From assembly GCA_944393505.1 (NCBI GenBank), contig CALYAK010000005.1, forward strand, positions 14,946 to 78,945: a DNA stretch of 64,000 nucleotides, read 5' to 3'. The position numbers and the translations under genes are program-made. Shown here piece after piece: positions 50,609-61,034 of this stretch. Position 1 is the stretch's first letter. Each line of letters opens with the position of its first letter. Below the pieces are notes generated by a model that had not been told where the DNA came from, ran no database searches, and worked only from the letters and a program-made list of their open reading frames with translations. Origin of the DNA: an uncultured Clostridia bacterium. GTDB lineage: Bacteria; Bacillota; Clostridia; TANB77; CAG-508.

Positions 50609-50968
50609 CTTTGTAATTCCTCTTTTAAAAATTGTTATCGATTCAAAAAAACATTTTCGATACTTGCAATTAAAATCCAATTTTTAGTATCGATTCTAAT
50701 CTTTTATGTCCTCGCAAAGTTGATACTTAGCGATTTTTCCTTTTCTTATATAGGATATCAAAAAAACATAAGACTGTCAATAAATAATTTATTTTGTCAT
50801 ACTTTCCCTATGTAGTTACCATATTTTTATCGAATGACTAAGTCTGTAATTTTCTTTCTTCTTTGATCTAGCCTCGATTTTTTTAGAAAGTAATTAAGTG
50901 CAAAAAAGAAGAGATACCTCTTAACTTTTAGGTACCTCTTTCTTTTTGGCTCTATTTTCTTTTACTTT

Positions 50969-52162
50969 CTAGCCAACTAATTCTTTGGTATGTCTAGCAA
51001 TAACTAACTCTTCGTTTGTTGGTACTAACCATACTTTTACTTTTGAATCATCGGTAGAAATCTCTTTTTCTTCTCCTCTTAGTCCATCATTCTTAGCAGG
51101 ATCTACTTTTACTCCTAAGAATTCTAGATATTTACAAATTCCTGCTCTTGTAATGTCTCCGTTTTCTCCAACACCACCAGCAAATGCGATCACATCAATT
51201 CCGCCCATAGCAACAGCATATTTTGCAATATATTGTGCTACTGTGTAATCATACATATCCATTGCTAATTTTGCTCTTTCATTTCCTTCTTTCATAGCTG
51301 CTTCGATATCACGGAAATCTGCAGAAACTCCAGAAACTCCATATACTCCAGATTCTTTGTTTAGAATCTTATTAATTTCCTCTGTTGATAGATTTTCTTT
51401 TTCTATCAAGAAAGTTACGATGGATGGATCTAAATCTCCGCAACGTGCACACATTGGAATACCTGCAATTGGTGTTAATCCCATACTTGTATCAACTGAA
51501 ACGCCACCTTTTACAGCACAAAGACTTGCACCTTGTCCTAAATGGCATACAACTGTTTTTAATTCTTCAACTGGTTTTCCCATTAATTCAGCTACTCGGT
51601 GAGATACATAGTAGTGAGAGGTTCCATGGAAACCATATTTACGAATACCATATTTTTCATAATATTTATATGGGATTGGATAAATATATCTTTCTTTTGA
51701 AATAGTTTGATGGAAAGCTGTATCAAATACACCTACCATTGGTTTTCCAGGCATTACTTTTTTGCAAGCTGCAATTCCAGTTAATCCTGCTGGATTATGA
51801 ATTGGTGCTAAGCTAATGCATTCTCTCATAGCTTCTTCTACATCTTCATTAATGATAACTGGTTTATTGAATTTTTCTCCTCCATGAACCAAACGATGTC
51901 CAATTGCAGTAATTTCGTCTAGGCTTTTAATTACTCCATATTCTGGGTTTAGCAATTGATCAATAATTAAAGAAATTGCCACTTCATGATTTGGGATCGA
52001 TTGTTCTACAACATGTTTTTCTCCATTTACTTTGTGTGTTAAGAAAGAACCTTCTGTTCCAATTCTCTCACAATTTCCTTTTGCGATTACGCTTTCATCT
52101 GTCATATCAATTAATTGATATTTTAAAGATGAGCTTCCACAGTTTACTACTAATACTTTCAT
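50969..52162 (-). CDS. ackA: Acetate kinase
   Basis: 397 aa. MKVLVVNCGSSSLKYQL, HRLVHGG, and GFHGTSH. Confidence 0.96.
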   Translation of the reverse strand: MKVLVVNCGSSSLKYQLIDMTDESVIAKGNCERIGTEGSFLTHKVNGEKHVVEQSIPNHEVAISLIIDQLLNPEYGVIKSLDEITAIGHRLVHGGEKFNKPVIINEDVEEAMRECISLAPIHNPAGLTGIAACKKVMPGKPMVGVFDTAFHQTISKERYIYPIPYKYYEKYGIRKYGFHGTSHYYVSHRVAELMGKPVEELKTVVCHLGQGASLCAVKGGVSVDTSMGLTPIAGIPMCARCGDLDPSIVTFLIEKENLSTEEINKILNKESGVYGVSGVSADFRDIEAAMKEGNERAKLAMDMYDYTVAQYIAKYAVAMGGIDVIAFAGGVGENGDITRAGICKYLEFLGVKVDPAKNDGLRGEEKEISTDDSKVKVWLVPTNEELVIARHTKELVG

Positions 52163-52194
52163 TTATATCCTCCTTAAATTTTATTAACAATGTT

Positions 52195-53196
<1,002 letters not shown>

Positions 53197-53358
53197 TTAA
53201 ACTCTCCTCCTTTAGTCCTATTTTTCTTATAACACGTATATTATATAAAGATTTTTGCAAAAGTACAAGTTTTTTCTTTTATTTTTTCCATTTTGAAATA
53301 TTGACTTTTTAGTCTCTTTGAGATTTAATGAATTTATCTAGAAAAAAGGAGATTTTTA

Positions 53359-54258
53359 ATGAGATTAAGTTACCAAATTGAAGAAAAAGATGAATATCAA
53401 ACAGTTCAAGATGTTTTAAAAAATCAATTTCATATTTCCAATCGTTTATTTTCAAAACTAAAAAAGAATCCATGTATTTTTTGCAATCGACAACTTGCAA
53501 AACCAAAGGATTCTGTTCAAACGAATGATTTAATTGAAGTTTTGATTGATTTTGAAGAAGAAAGCGATAACATTGTTCCTACCTTTATGGATCTATCCAT
53601 TCTTTATGAAGATGATTCTTTTTTGATTGTTAATAAAACTGCTGGAGTAACGGTTCATCCATCTTTTTCCCATTATACAGATAGCTTATCGAATGGAGTT
53701 AAAAACTATTTTGAAGCAAAAGGAATTAAGAAAAAGATTCGTCCCGTGAATCGTTTAGATAAAAATACTTCTGGCATTGTTATTTTTGCCAAAAATGAAT
53801 ATGTACAAGAATGTCTTGTTTATCAAATGAAAAACAAAACATTTCAAAAAGAATATATTGGCTTATGTGAAGGAATCTTTCAAGAAAAGACAGGAACAAT
53901 TACTGGAAAAATTGCCAGAAAAGCAAATAGTATTATCGAACGAGAAATTAATTCAGATGGTGAGGAAGCAATTACTCATTATTCGGTATTAAACGAGAAT
54001 CCAGATTTTAGTACAGTTCACTTTATTTTAGAAACTGGCAGAACTCATCAAATTCGTGTTCACTGCCAATCCATCGGACATCCTATTTTAGGAGATGACC
54101 TTTATGGTAAACCTTCTCCCCTTATCTCTAGACAAGCTTTACATGCTTACCGCGTACGTTTTGAACATCCAATTTTGAAGAAATCACTTTACTTCGAAGC
54201 TCCCATTCCAGAAGATATGAATCGCTTAATTTATGAGAATAATTTTAATCTTACATAG
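53359..54258 (+). CDS. RluA family pseudouridine synthase (RluD-like)
   Basis: 299 aa. S4-like N-terminus, catalytic PVNRLDKNTSG, and GRTHQIRVH. Confidence 0.9.
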   Translation: MRLSYQIEEKDEYQTVQDVLKNQFHISNRLFSKLKKNPCIFCNRQLAKPKDSVQTNDLIEVLIDFEEESDNIVPTFMDLSILYEDDSFLIVNKTAGVTVHPSFSHYTDSLSNGVKNYFEAKGIKKKIRPVNRLDKNTSGIVIFAKNEYVQECLVYQMKNKTFQKEYIGLCEGIFQEKTGTITGKIARKANSIIEREINSDGEEAITHYSVLNENPDFSTVHFILETGRTHQIRVHCQSIGHPILGDDLYGKPSPLISRQALHAYRVRFEHPILKKSLYFEAPIPEDMNRLIYENNFNLT

Positions 54259-54298
54259 AAAAAGCAGGTGTATGCAACAACCTGCTTTTTCTGTCTGT

Positions 54299-54568
54299 TT
54301 AATCCCAAATGACTATAATGCCGAGAATACGGGAGTACCAAACGTGCATCGAAAGGTTTTCCTCAAGTTTTCTGACAATGTCTTTCTTCGCCTGCTTTGC
54401 GACCGTGTGCTCTAAATGAATTCGGACGATGGTCTTCCGCAACGGATGGATTAGTCGATAATTGACAATCTCATACTCCGCAGCTTCGGCTACATATTCA
54501 TAAAAAACTTCGGGATTTAAGCGCATGAATCTCACGCCTCTTTCTTCCAAAATATATGTCGTAAGCAT
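54299..54568 (-). CDS. Hypothetical 89-aa protein in a GC-enriched patch
   Basis: The ORF sits in a segment of about 42-45% GC (counted over 120 nt), against a visibly AT-rich background. No family recognised. Confidence 0.4.
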   Translation of the reverse strand: MLTTYILEERGVRFMRLNPEVFYEYVAEAAEYEIVNYRLIHPLRKTIVRIHLEHTVAKQAKKDIVRKLEENLSMHVWYSRILGIIVIWD

Positions 54569-54736
54569 TTCGCTTCGAACTTTTTAATTATATCATATTA
54601 AAAAGAAAAAAGCAAAATTTCTTTTCATATTATTTTAGAAAATATATTTTGTATAAATTAAACGCCAATCTAGTTTTATATAACATTCCTAAAAAGCAAT
54701 TATTCTTAGTTTTTGTAAACAATTTCAATCGTAAAT

Positions 54737-54885
54737 TCACTCATCTTCACTATTTAAATCCTCCATAAAATCATTGATATTATTGTACGACATTTCTTTT
54801 TTCGGATTTTTCATCATTTTAATAGCTTCATTTATTGCTTCAATTGTTTCTTTATTATATCGAGGCTTTTTATTTCAAAAGTCAT
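54737..54885 (-). pseudogene. Possible RelB/DinJ-type antitoxin C-terminal remnant, followed by a 12-codon toxin stub
   Basis: ATG at 54885 with a GGAGGTG RBS. MTFEIK is followed, after a shift in the homopolymer at 54867-54871, by KPRYNKETIEAINEAIKMMKNPKKEMSYNNINDFMEDLNSEDE*. The stop overlaps an ATG (ATGAGTGA) that opens MSEFTIEIVYKN*. Confidence 0.3.
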
Positions 54886-54952
54886 AGCAATCACCTCCAT
54901 ATTCTAGTATTATATATTTTTACTAGATTGTGTATACATTGTCAATTCTTTG

Positions 54953-55777
54953 TTATATATTATTTGTATTTTCAAAATCAATGGTGATATTTCCAATTCC
55001 GCCTTCTATTTTGATTTGGTTCTCTCCTGATCCATATCTTGTATGATTTCCTTGATTGGTTCCATTGATTTGAATATTACCAAGTCCTTTTTCCGCTAAA
55101 ACGGTATAATCTTCTTCTTTTCCTAACAAGGTTAGATCCGTATCTCCAACGCCACATTCGATCTCACTCTTTCCCGTCATTTCAGCTTTTATGGAAATTG
55201 CTCCTACTCCTGCATTTAATTTTAAATTGTGAAAAGAAGTGTCCTCGATTATCGTTTCTCCTGCACCTCCATCGATGTCTGTTCTTTGAAAAGTTCCATT
55301 CTTGATTTCAAGAACCCCTGCTCCTTGATCAATGTCCAGATGCTCTACTTCAATATTGGATATTTCGATCTTTCCCGCTCCTGCATCAATTTCTAGTTTC
55401 CTTAAAATTGTATCATCCGGAACGGAAACAATGATTTCTCCGGAAACAGAATTGGTATTCCAAAACCAAGTATTTTCTTCCTCGATTTTTAAAGTTCCAT
55501 TTTGTAATTTCGATGAAAATCGATTGTTTAAATTGTTTGCTTCCACTTTCCACTCTTCTCCTGGTTGTATGATTAAATTCGAAGCAATTGTGTCAATTTC
55601 GATCTCTCTTACATTTTGATAAGTTTCTGAAAATTGTTCTACTACGATCTTTCCTTCTCCAAATCCAATTTGTGCAAATGCGGATATTCCGATTAAAAGA
55701 CCTCCTAGGATATTCACAATTAGGAAAATAGCGAAACAAATCGCTAAAACTTTAATGACTTTTTGACCTTCACTCAT
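54953..55777 (-). CDS. DUF4097 family beta-strand-repeat protein (putative adhesin), membrane-anchored
   Basis: 274 aa. One N-terminal TM helix, then repeated D.GAG..EI / GVG motifs. Confidence 0.7.
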   Translation of the reverse strand: MSEGQKVIKVLAICFAIFLIVNILGGLLIGISAFAQIGFGEGKIVVEQFSETYQNVREIEIDTIASNLIIQPGEEWKVEANNLNNRFSSKLQNGTLKIEEENTWFWNTNSVSGEIIVSVPDDTILRKLEIDAGAGKIEISNIEVEHLDIDQGAGVLEIKNGTFQRTDIDGGAGETIIEDTSFHNLKLNAGVGAISIKAEMTGKSEIECGVGDTDLTLLGKEEDYTVLAEKGLGNIQINGTNQGNHTRYGSGENQIKIEGGIGNITIDFENTNNI

Positions 55778-56454
55778 TTAATATCGACACCTCCAAACAT
55801 GCAAAAGGATTCGATATAGATTGTTTTTTCATTTTCCTTTTGGTTAATTACTTTGTTTGAGGTTCCACCAAAAATAGCGGTTGATTTTACTTTTACGTTC
55901 ACATCACTTGGTACAAAAATTTCAATTCCTCCAAAAATACTGCTTGCATAAATTACCGCTTCTTTTTCAATCATTGCTTTTCTTAAGTCTAATTCTACTG
56001 CTCCAAATACAGCATCTAAGTTTGCTCCTTTAAATGCCTCATCATCTTTCTTGACTTTTTGTCCAGAAAATGTTGCTGCAATAGATTCTAAACCATTCTT
56101 TTTTCCCTCTTTTACTTTTTGTGTTACTTTGTTTTTGATTACACTGTTAAAAATAATAGTAAGACCGATACCGATCAAGATCAAAGGTACAATTAATTTC
56201 GCAATTAACTGAAAATGAATGACTCCATTAACAGCTAATAATAGAGCGATACCAATGAATAGTCCAATTAAGTTTCCGATCTTTCCTTCTGTCCCATAAT
56301 CAAATAGCCCAATAAAACAAGGAACAATGATAAACAAGGTCCACCATCCTGGAAAGAAAATATTAATTTGTGTAATTCCTAATGAATTTGTTGCTAGAAT
56401 AACACCAATAACAATAAAAAATATCCCCCATAAAATTTTACTAAATCGACTCAT
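55774..56454 (-). CDS. LiaF-like cell-wall stress response membrane protein
   Basis: 226 aa. Four N-terminal TM helices and a C-terminal beta domain (ASSIFGGIEIFVP...TAIFGGT). Overlaps the downstream DUF4097 gene by 4 nt. Confidence 0.6.
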   Translation of the reverse strand: MSRFSKILWGIFFIVIGVILATNSLGITQINIFFPGWWTLFIIVPCFIGLFDYGTEGKIGNLIGLFIGIALLLAVNGVIHFQLIAKLIVPLILIGIGLTIIFNSVIKNKVTQKVKEGKKNGLESIAATFSGQKVKKDDEAFKGANLDAVFGAVELDLRKAMIEKEAVIYASSIFGGIEIFVPSDVNVKVKSTAIFGGTSNKVINQKENEKTIYIESFCMFGGVDIK

Positions 56455-56635
56455 CTTTTTCCCCTTTTCTTTGATTTTCTTTTTTTCTCTAACAATTGTT
56501 AGTTTGATTTGCTCCTATTATATCGTCTTTTTGTTCGCTTGTATAGATGTTTTATCATAAATTGTTGTTTCATAAAAGCACAAAAAAAGAATAGATGTTC
56601 TGAAAACCATCTATCCTTCTTTGTTTTATTTTAAT

Positions 56636-56992
56636 TTAAGTAAATCGATAAGCCGGGTTCTGTCTAGAATAGTCATTTATCTAGTACATATATTACTATA
56701 TGTCTCAAGCCACCAAATTAAGAAGATGCCGAGCAGGCTTAGCCTTCTAGTCTCGGTGTTGCTCCAGATGGGGTTTACACGGACCCAGCATGTCACCATG
56801 CCAGCGGTAAGCTCTTACCTCACCTTTTCACCCTTGCCTTTACAGGCGGTTCTTTTCTGTTGCACTTTCCTTAAGGTTCCCCTCACTGGACGTTATCCAG
56901 CATCCTTGCTCTGTGGAGCCCGGACTTTCCTCGTACGCAACCTTTCGGTATTTGCTATACGCGACTATTTAACTTACTCCTACTTATTATAT
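56636..56992 (-). ncRNA. rnpB: RNase P RNA, bacterial class A
   Basis: The minus strand reads ..cgaGGAAAGTCCGGGCTCCACAGAGCAAGGATGCTGGATAACGTCCAGTG..GGAAAGTGCAACAGAAAAGAACCGCC..GGTAAGAGCTTACCGC..GTAAACCCCATCTGGAGCAA..AGACAGAACCCGGCTTATCG. These are universally conserved P4/J3-4/P15 elements. The ends are approximate. Confidence 0.9.
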
Positions 56993-57015
56993 GATTTTCT
57001 TGAAAAAAAGTCAAC

Positions 57016-57939
57016 CTAACTAATGTTTTCAATGGATTGCATTACATTTTTGTAATTTATATAAAATAATTCTGGATCTTTTAATGTAATGCTTTCTTGC
57101 ATTTCTTTAATGAGTACATATACCTTACTAATATCCGCTTGCTTATTTTGACTTACCGATACATCATTCATCACTTGCTGAAAGCTGTTTTCCGCATCTT
57201 TTAAATAAGTAGCACAATCGTCCCATCGATCCATTTCAACAATCGCATAAGCATTTAAAATATGTGCTTTGGTATACATGATTTGTTTTCTGATGTTATC
57301 TGTTTCATATCCTCCTACCAATTTTGCCAAAGTAGAATAACAGTTGGTTAATGCAACTAAAGAATTCGTTTTATCTTCATTTTTTATTTGTAAGATGGAT
57401 GCTTTTAAATCGTCAGAAAAACGTAAAATATCTTCTGCATTTCCATTTAAAGCATGTAGGTCTAATTCAATGACAGCCCAAGATGAATAAACCGTTTCTA
57501 CAGTTTGCTTAATCTGGTTCCAATCTAATACATCTCGAGTATTATTTAAAATATTGTTGGAAATAATTTTGCTTTGATTAATTGCTTCCGTACTATCTTG
57601 TGAATCATTCCCTCCACTATTTTCTCCTCCCGCGCTCGATCCTCCTTCTGAATTGCTACCTTGATTTCCACTTTGTCTAGAACTTTGATCCGATCCACTT
57701 GCTGTTTCGATACGATCTGTTTGTACTTTATAGTCTTCATAAGAGATACTATTTAAATCATTTAAAATTAAGATCAAATTTGAATCCAAATAATGAACCT
57801 CTTCCCTTACTTTTCTTCTCAAATCTTCTTCTGAACTTCGATTTCCCTGAACATTCGAATAAATCATAAAACTCGCTAAGATTGTGAAAACTAAAATTAA
57901 AATCATAAGGATCATATTCAAAAATTTTTTCATATTCAC
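57016..57939 (-). CDS. Hypothetical membrane-anchored protein with a Ser/Gly/Asn-rich linker
   Basis: 307 aa. N-terminal TM helix (LNMILMILILVFTILASFMIY) and a low-complexity SGSDQSSRQSGNQGSNSEGGSSAGGENSGGNDS stretch. Confidence 0.55.
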   Translation of the reverse strand: MNMKKFLNMILMILILVFTILASFMIYSNVQGNRSSEEDLRRKVREEVHYLDSNLILILNDLNSISYEDYKVQTDRIETASGSDQSSRQSGNQGSNSEGGSSAGGENSGGNDSQDSTEAINQSKIISNNILNNTRDVLDWNQIKQTVETVYSSWAVIELDLHALNGNAEDILRFSDDLKASILQIKNEDKTNSLVALTNCYSTLAKLVGGYETDNIRKQIMYTKAHILNAYAIVEMDRWDDCATYLKDAENSFQQVMNDVSVSQNKQADISKVYVLIKEMQESITLKDPELFYINYKNVMQSIENIS

Positions 57940-58059
57940 TTCACCAGTAATTTCCCTTTCTTTTCCTTTTTAGTATGGGCAAAGCCAAGTGAAAATATTC
58001 TTTTGCATAAAAAAAAGAGTTTTGCAAAAACTATAAAAAAAGAAAAAAGGAATGAAGAA

Positions 58060-58359
58060 ATGATGAAATATATTGCAAAACTTTATTCTTCCAAACCAAA
58101 TGAAATTTCAAATTATTTAAATCGATTCTTTCAAGCGTTAGAAATTCCGAAAACATTGGAAAAACCAGATTTATTCGAATGGGAATCGGATTACAATAAC
58201 CCGATTGATTTAGTGGATTTGATTAATTTCCATCAAGATCAATGTGATGATTTTCAAGTTGAACTCTGGATCTGTTTAGATAAAAATCTGTTTATTCATG
58301 TCACCAAAGAAATTGCCGATCAAGTTGTTCGCTATATTTATGAACGTTTTCCATACTAA
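58060..58359 (+). CDS. Hypothetical protein (~99 aa)
   Basis: ATG at 58060 (MMKYIAKLY..). The track ORF begins at an upstream TTG at 58003. No family recognised. Confidence 0.45.
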   Translation: MMKYIAKLYSSKPNEISNYLNRFFQALEIPKTLEKPDLFEWESDYNNPIDLVDLINFHQDQCDDFQVELWICLDKNLFIHVTKEIADQVVRYIYERFPY

Positions 58360-58409
58360 AAGCGAGATGGTTTTGTTTTACCTCTCGCTTTCTCTTCTTT
58401 TTCTCTTTT

Positions 58410-58847
58410 TTATTTTTCAATGATGATCGTTACTGGTCCATCATTTAATAACTCAACTTTCATTTCTGCTCCAAAGACTCCTGGATAAGTTGGCACTCCT
58501 TTTTTATTACATTCTTCTAAGAAATATTCATACAAAGGATTTGCAATTTCTGGTCTTGCCGCTTCAATAAAACTTGGTCTATTCCCTTGACTACAATTTG
58601 CATAGAGCGTAAATTGAGAAACTACAATCATTTCTCCCTTTTCGTCTTGGATGGAACGATTCATCTTTCCTTGTTCGTCTTCAAAAACTCTTAGATTGGT
58701 TAATTTCTTTACCAAATAATCTGCATTTTCTTTTGTATCATTATGCGTAACACCTAATAGTACTAAAAATCCTTTTCCAATTTTTGAGATCATTTTTCCA
58801 TCTACTGTTACACTTGCATGACTAACTCTTTGTACAACGATTTTCAT
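58410..58847 (-). CDS. dtd: D-aminoacyl-tRNA deacylase
   Basis: 145 aa. MKIVVQRV..., SQFTLYA, and the NDGPVT C-terminal motif. Confidence 0.93.
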   Translation of the reverse strand: MKIVVQRVSHASVTVDGKMISKIGKGFLVLLGVTHNDTKENADYLVKKLTNLRVFEDEQGKMNRSIQDEKGEMIVVSQFTLYANCSQGNRPSFIEAARPEIANPLYEYFLEECNKKGVPTYPGVFGAEMKVELLNDGPVTIIIEK

Positions 58848-58858
58848 ATATCTTGCTC

Positions 58859-59275
58859 CTAGTGATTTTCGTTTTTTAATTTATTAAATTCGATTTTTCC
58901 TTGTCTTGCTCCACAATATGGACAAAATTTTGCATCAATAAAAACTTCTTCATAACAACTTGGACATTGTTTTCGCTCTTGCAATTTTAATAATTCTTTT
59001 CTCGTATCTGCAATCTCATCAGCCAAAGAATCAATTTTGGAACATTCATTCATCAATTCTTCTTCGATATAGACAATCTTATCTTTATCATCCGTATCCA
59101 GTACATGTTTTTGATAAACAATCTTTCCAATTTCTTGATAAAGATCATCAATTTTCGCTCGATTATCTTCTAAAATGGAATTTAGTTTTACTTTTTTGGC
59201 TAATTTTTCTGTTTGTTGAGCAGTAACATGATAAGTTTTGGATACACCTTTGGCCACTTTATTCAAAAATTCCAT
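58859..59275 (-). CDS. Zinc-ribbon domain protein with a coiled-coil N-terminus
   Basis: 138 aa, with CPSC...CPYCG near the C-terminus. Confidence 0.6.
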   Translation of the reverse strand: MEFLNKVAKGVSKTYHVTAQQTEKLAKKVKLNSILEDNRAKIDDLYQEIGKIVYQKHVLDTDDKDKIVYIEEELMNECSKIDSLADEIADTRKELLKLQERKQCPSCYEEVFIDAKFCPYCGARQGKIEFNKLKNENH

Positions 59276-59363
59276 ACGAAATCACTCCTTCTTTTGCACT
59301 ATGTATAACTATATTATTCGATTTTCTGGCGAAATTATTCATGATTTCGTAGTTTTTCTTTCT

Positions 59364-60350
59364 TTAATTTTCAAATTTCTTTTCTCTTGTCATTAAACGT
59401 TTTACCGCTTCTTCTGGTTTTAAACCATGGAATAAGATATCATACACGGTATTAACAATTGGAAGTTCAATTTGGTATTGCTTTGCTAATTGATAAGCTG
59501 CTTCAATATTATCTACACTCTCGATTGTCATTCCAATTTCCCTTTGCGCTTCTTCTACGGATAATCCTCGTCCGATTAATTTTCCAGCTCTTCGGTTACG
59601 ACTATGTTCACTTAAACAAGTAACAATTAAATCACCTAGTCCAGATAATCCATAGAAAGTTTCTTTTTGTGCTCCCATCGCTTCTCCCAAACGAGAAATT
59701 TCAACTAATCCTCTGGTAATTAATGCTGCAAAAGTATTGTCTCCCATTCCAATTTCTGCTGCAATTCCTGCACAAAAAGCAATGATATTTTTTAAAGCCC
59801 CGCCTAATTCTACTCCTTTGACATCATGAGAAGCATAAACTCTTAAGTTTTCATTCATAAAAAGAGATTGTACTTCTTCAATTACAGTATCATCTTTCGA
59901 TCCAATCACAATGGCAGTAGGTATGGCGAAAGAAACTTCTTCTGCATGACTTGGCCCAGAAAAAATGCCGATTCTTTTTCCTGGTAACTCTTCCTCTGCA
60001 ACTTGACTTAGTGTTTTTAAGCTTGTATTTTCTAGTCCTTTCGAACAAATAATAACAGGTTGATCTTTTAGAGCATCTTTGTATTGCTGAATCGTAGATC
60101 GAACGAAACGAGATGGCGTAACATGAATGATGATTTCTGCATCCTTTACCACTTGTTTGATATCCGTATCTGCTACAATTCCATCCGGTACTTTTAACCC
60201 CGGTAAGAATTTACAAGACCTTTCTTCATTGATTAAGCGTGCTTCTTCTTCATTAAAAGACCACATTTTGATTTCATTTCCTAAATTTGCCAAGTGCGTC
60301 GCTAAAGCAACTCCCCAACTTCCCGTTCCAATTACGGCTACTTTTTTCAT
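59364..60350 (-). CDS. gpsA: NAD(P)H-dependent glycerol-3-phosphate dehydrogenase
   Basis: 328 aa. VIGTGSWG Rossmann motif, and GALKNIIA. Confidence 0.94.
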   Translation of the reverse strand: MKKVAVIGTGSWGVALATHLANLGNEIKMWSFNEEEARLINEERSCKFLPGLKVPDGIVADTDIKQVVKDAEIIIHVTPSRFVRSTIQQYKDALKDQPVIICSKGLENTSLKTLSQVAEEELPGKRIGIFSGPSHAEEVSFAIPTAIVIGSKDDTVIEEVQSLFMNENLRVYASHDVKGVELGGALKNIIAFCAGIAAEIGMGDNTFAALITRGLVEISRLGEAMGAQKETFYGLSGLGDLIVTCLSEHSRNRRAGKLIGRGLSVEEAQREIGMTIESVDNIEAAYQLAKQYQIELPIVNTVYDILFHGLKPEEAVKRLMTREKKFEN

Positions 60351-60368
60351 TTGATTTCCTCCTCCAGT

Positions 60369-61007
60369 TTATTTTTTAAAGCTCAATTTATTTTCTTTTC
60401 CTTCTAGGATTCGTTTTAAATTGGTTCGATGATTGTATACAACAAGAATTGCAAGAAGAATACTAAAGATTAAATAGGAATAGTTTCCTTCTCCTGCAAT
60501 GATGTAGTGTTCATGGATAAATAGGGTTAAAACAGGATAAAGAATGGCTGCCATAATCGATCCTAAAGAAACAATTCTGGTAACTGCCATAATGACTAAA
60601 GCAAACACTAAACAAATTAATCCAATTTGCCAGTTACAAATTAATAGAACTCCTAAAGCAGTAGCAACTCCTTTTCCTCCTTTAAATCCAAAGAAAATTG
60701 GAAAAGTATGTCCTAGTACAACAGCACCTGCTGCAAGTTGAATTAAAAGTGGGCCATTTGCTTCTTTCCAAATCAAACTTGCAATTGTTGCAATTCCAAC
60801 AGCTACCACTCCCTTTAAAATATCACAAATTAAGGTTAAAATTGCTGCTTTTTTTCCAACTGTCCTTAATACATTGGTACTTCCTGCATTTCCGCTTCCC
60901 TTTTCTCTTACGTCAAATCCAGCCATTTTTTTGCTGATAATGACAGAAAAGCTAATGCTTCCTAATAAATATGCAAGAATTGTGATTACGATATATAAAA
61001 CGATCAT
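60369..61007 (-). CDS. plsY: Glycerol-3-phosphate acyltransferase PlsY
   Basis: YLLGSISFS, SGNAGSTN, and FKGGKGVAT. The start is moved to the ATG at 61007, which has a GGAGG RBS. Confidence 0.92.
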   Translation of the reverse strand: MIVLYIVITILAYLLGSISFSVIISKKMAGFDVREKGSGNAGSTNVLRTVGKKAAILTLICDILKGVVAVGIATIASLIWKEANGPLLIQLAAGAVVLGHTFPIFFGFKGGKGVATALGVLLICNWQIGLICLVFALVIMAVTRIVSLGSIMAAILYPVLTLFIHEHYIIAGEGNYSYLIFSILLAILVVYNHRTNLKRILEGKENKLSFKK

Positions 61008-61034
61008 AGTTTTTTCCTCCATCTTTTGATTTTT

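Noticed and set aside
50900-50960. Terminator downstream of ackA (aagagatacctctt / aggtacctctt)
   Set aside because: The two elements are largely direct rather than inverted repeats. Only 5-bp stems can form, which is too weak to call.
56621-57019. 132-aa plus-strand ORF
   Set aside because: It lies entirely antisense to the RNase P RNA gene. The relatively high GC of the structured RNA creates a spurious open frame.
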